The position numbers and the translations under genes were made by a program. From the NCBI GenBank assembly GCA_964016885.1, contig OZ024744.1:106082001-106146000 (forward strand): DNA of 64,000 bases, in the 5' to 3' direction. The notes beneath the pieces are model-generated. The model saw only the letters and a list, made by a program, of their open reading frames with translations, was not told where the DNA came from and did not search any database. Positions 63,869 through 64,000 of this stretch are shown piece by piece. Numbering within the stretch: position 1 is the first letter of the stretch; every line of letters begins with the position of its first letter. The DNA comes from Eledone cirrhosa (lineage: Eukaryota).

Positions 63869-64000
63869 CTGATGATTAAAACGAGAAATAAAATAAGTCA
63901 TCTGAGATTTATGTGATATGTAACTAGGACAGAATATTATACTGAATGAGGAGGTAGTTTGAGGAGGTTTTGCAGGGAAAGAGCATAAACTAAAGGGGTT

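Overview
Repeat-saturated animal genomic DNA. The SINE/LINE repertoire (OR-type and Nin-domain tRNA SINEs, abundant RTE LINEs, long TA microsatellites) points to an octopod cephalopod; this is an inference. Only two host genes are supportable: (1) an intronless 610-aa KIF-binding protein (KIFBP/KBP) ORF at 18253-20085 (+); (2) a multi-exon minus-strand gene missed by the ORF track, with exons read by eye at about 63.8, 60.6, 58.3, 49.5, 43.9 and 38.6 kb, encoding a coiled-coil segment followed by one transmembrane helix (its 5' part lies beyond the window). The rest is nested mobile DNA: a nearly intact RTE LINE with a PHD-like finger inside its RT region, many RTE/CR1/R4-like/CRE-like/Penelope fragments, Helitron-like elements, piggyBac- and mariner-type MITEs, a non-autonomous LTR element and SINEs. 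Two signals stand out. First, there are several type I minimal hammerhead ribozyme folds, including an inverted pair inside a 279-bp palindrome and two lying sense in introns of the minus-strand gene. Second, four of the six large tandem arrays are amplified pieces of the transposon they sit in, two of them RT coding motifs. Most TE boundaries are approximate (tens of bp), and no searches or folding were run.
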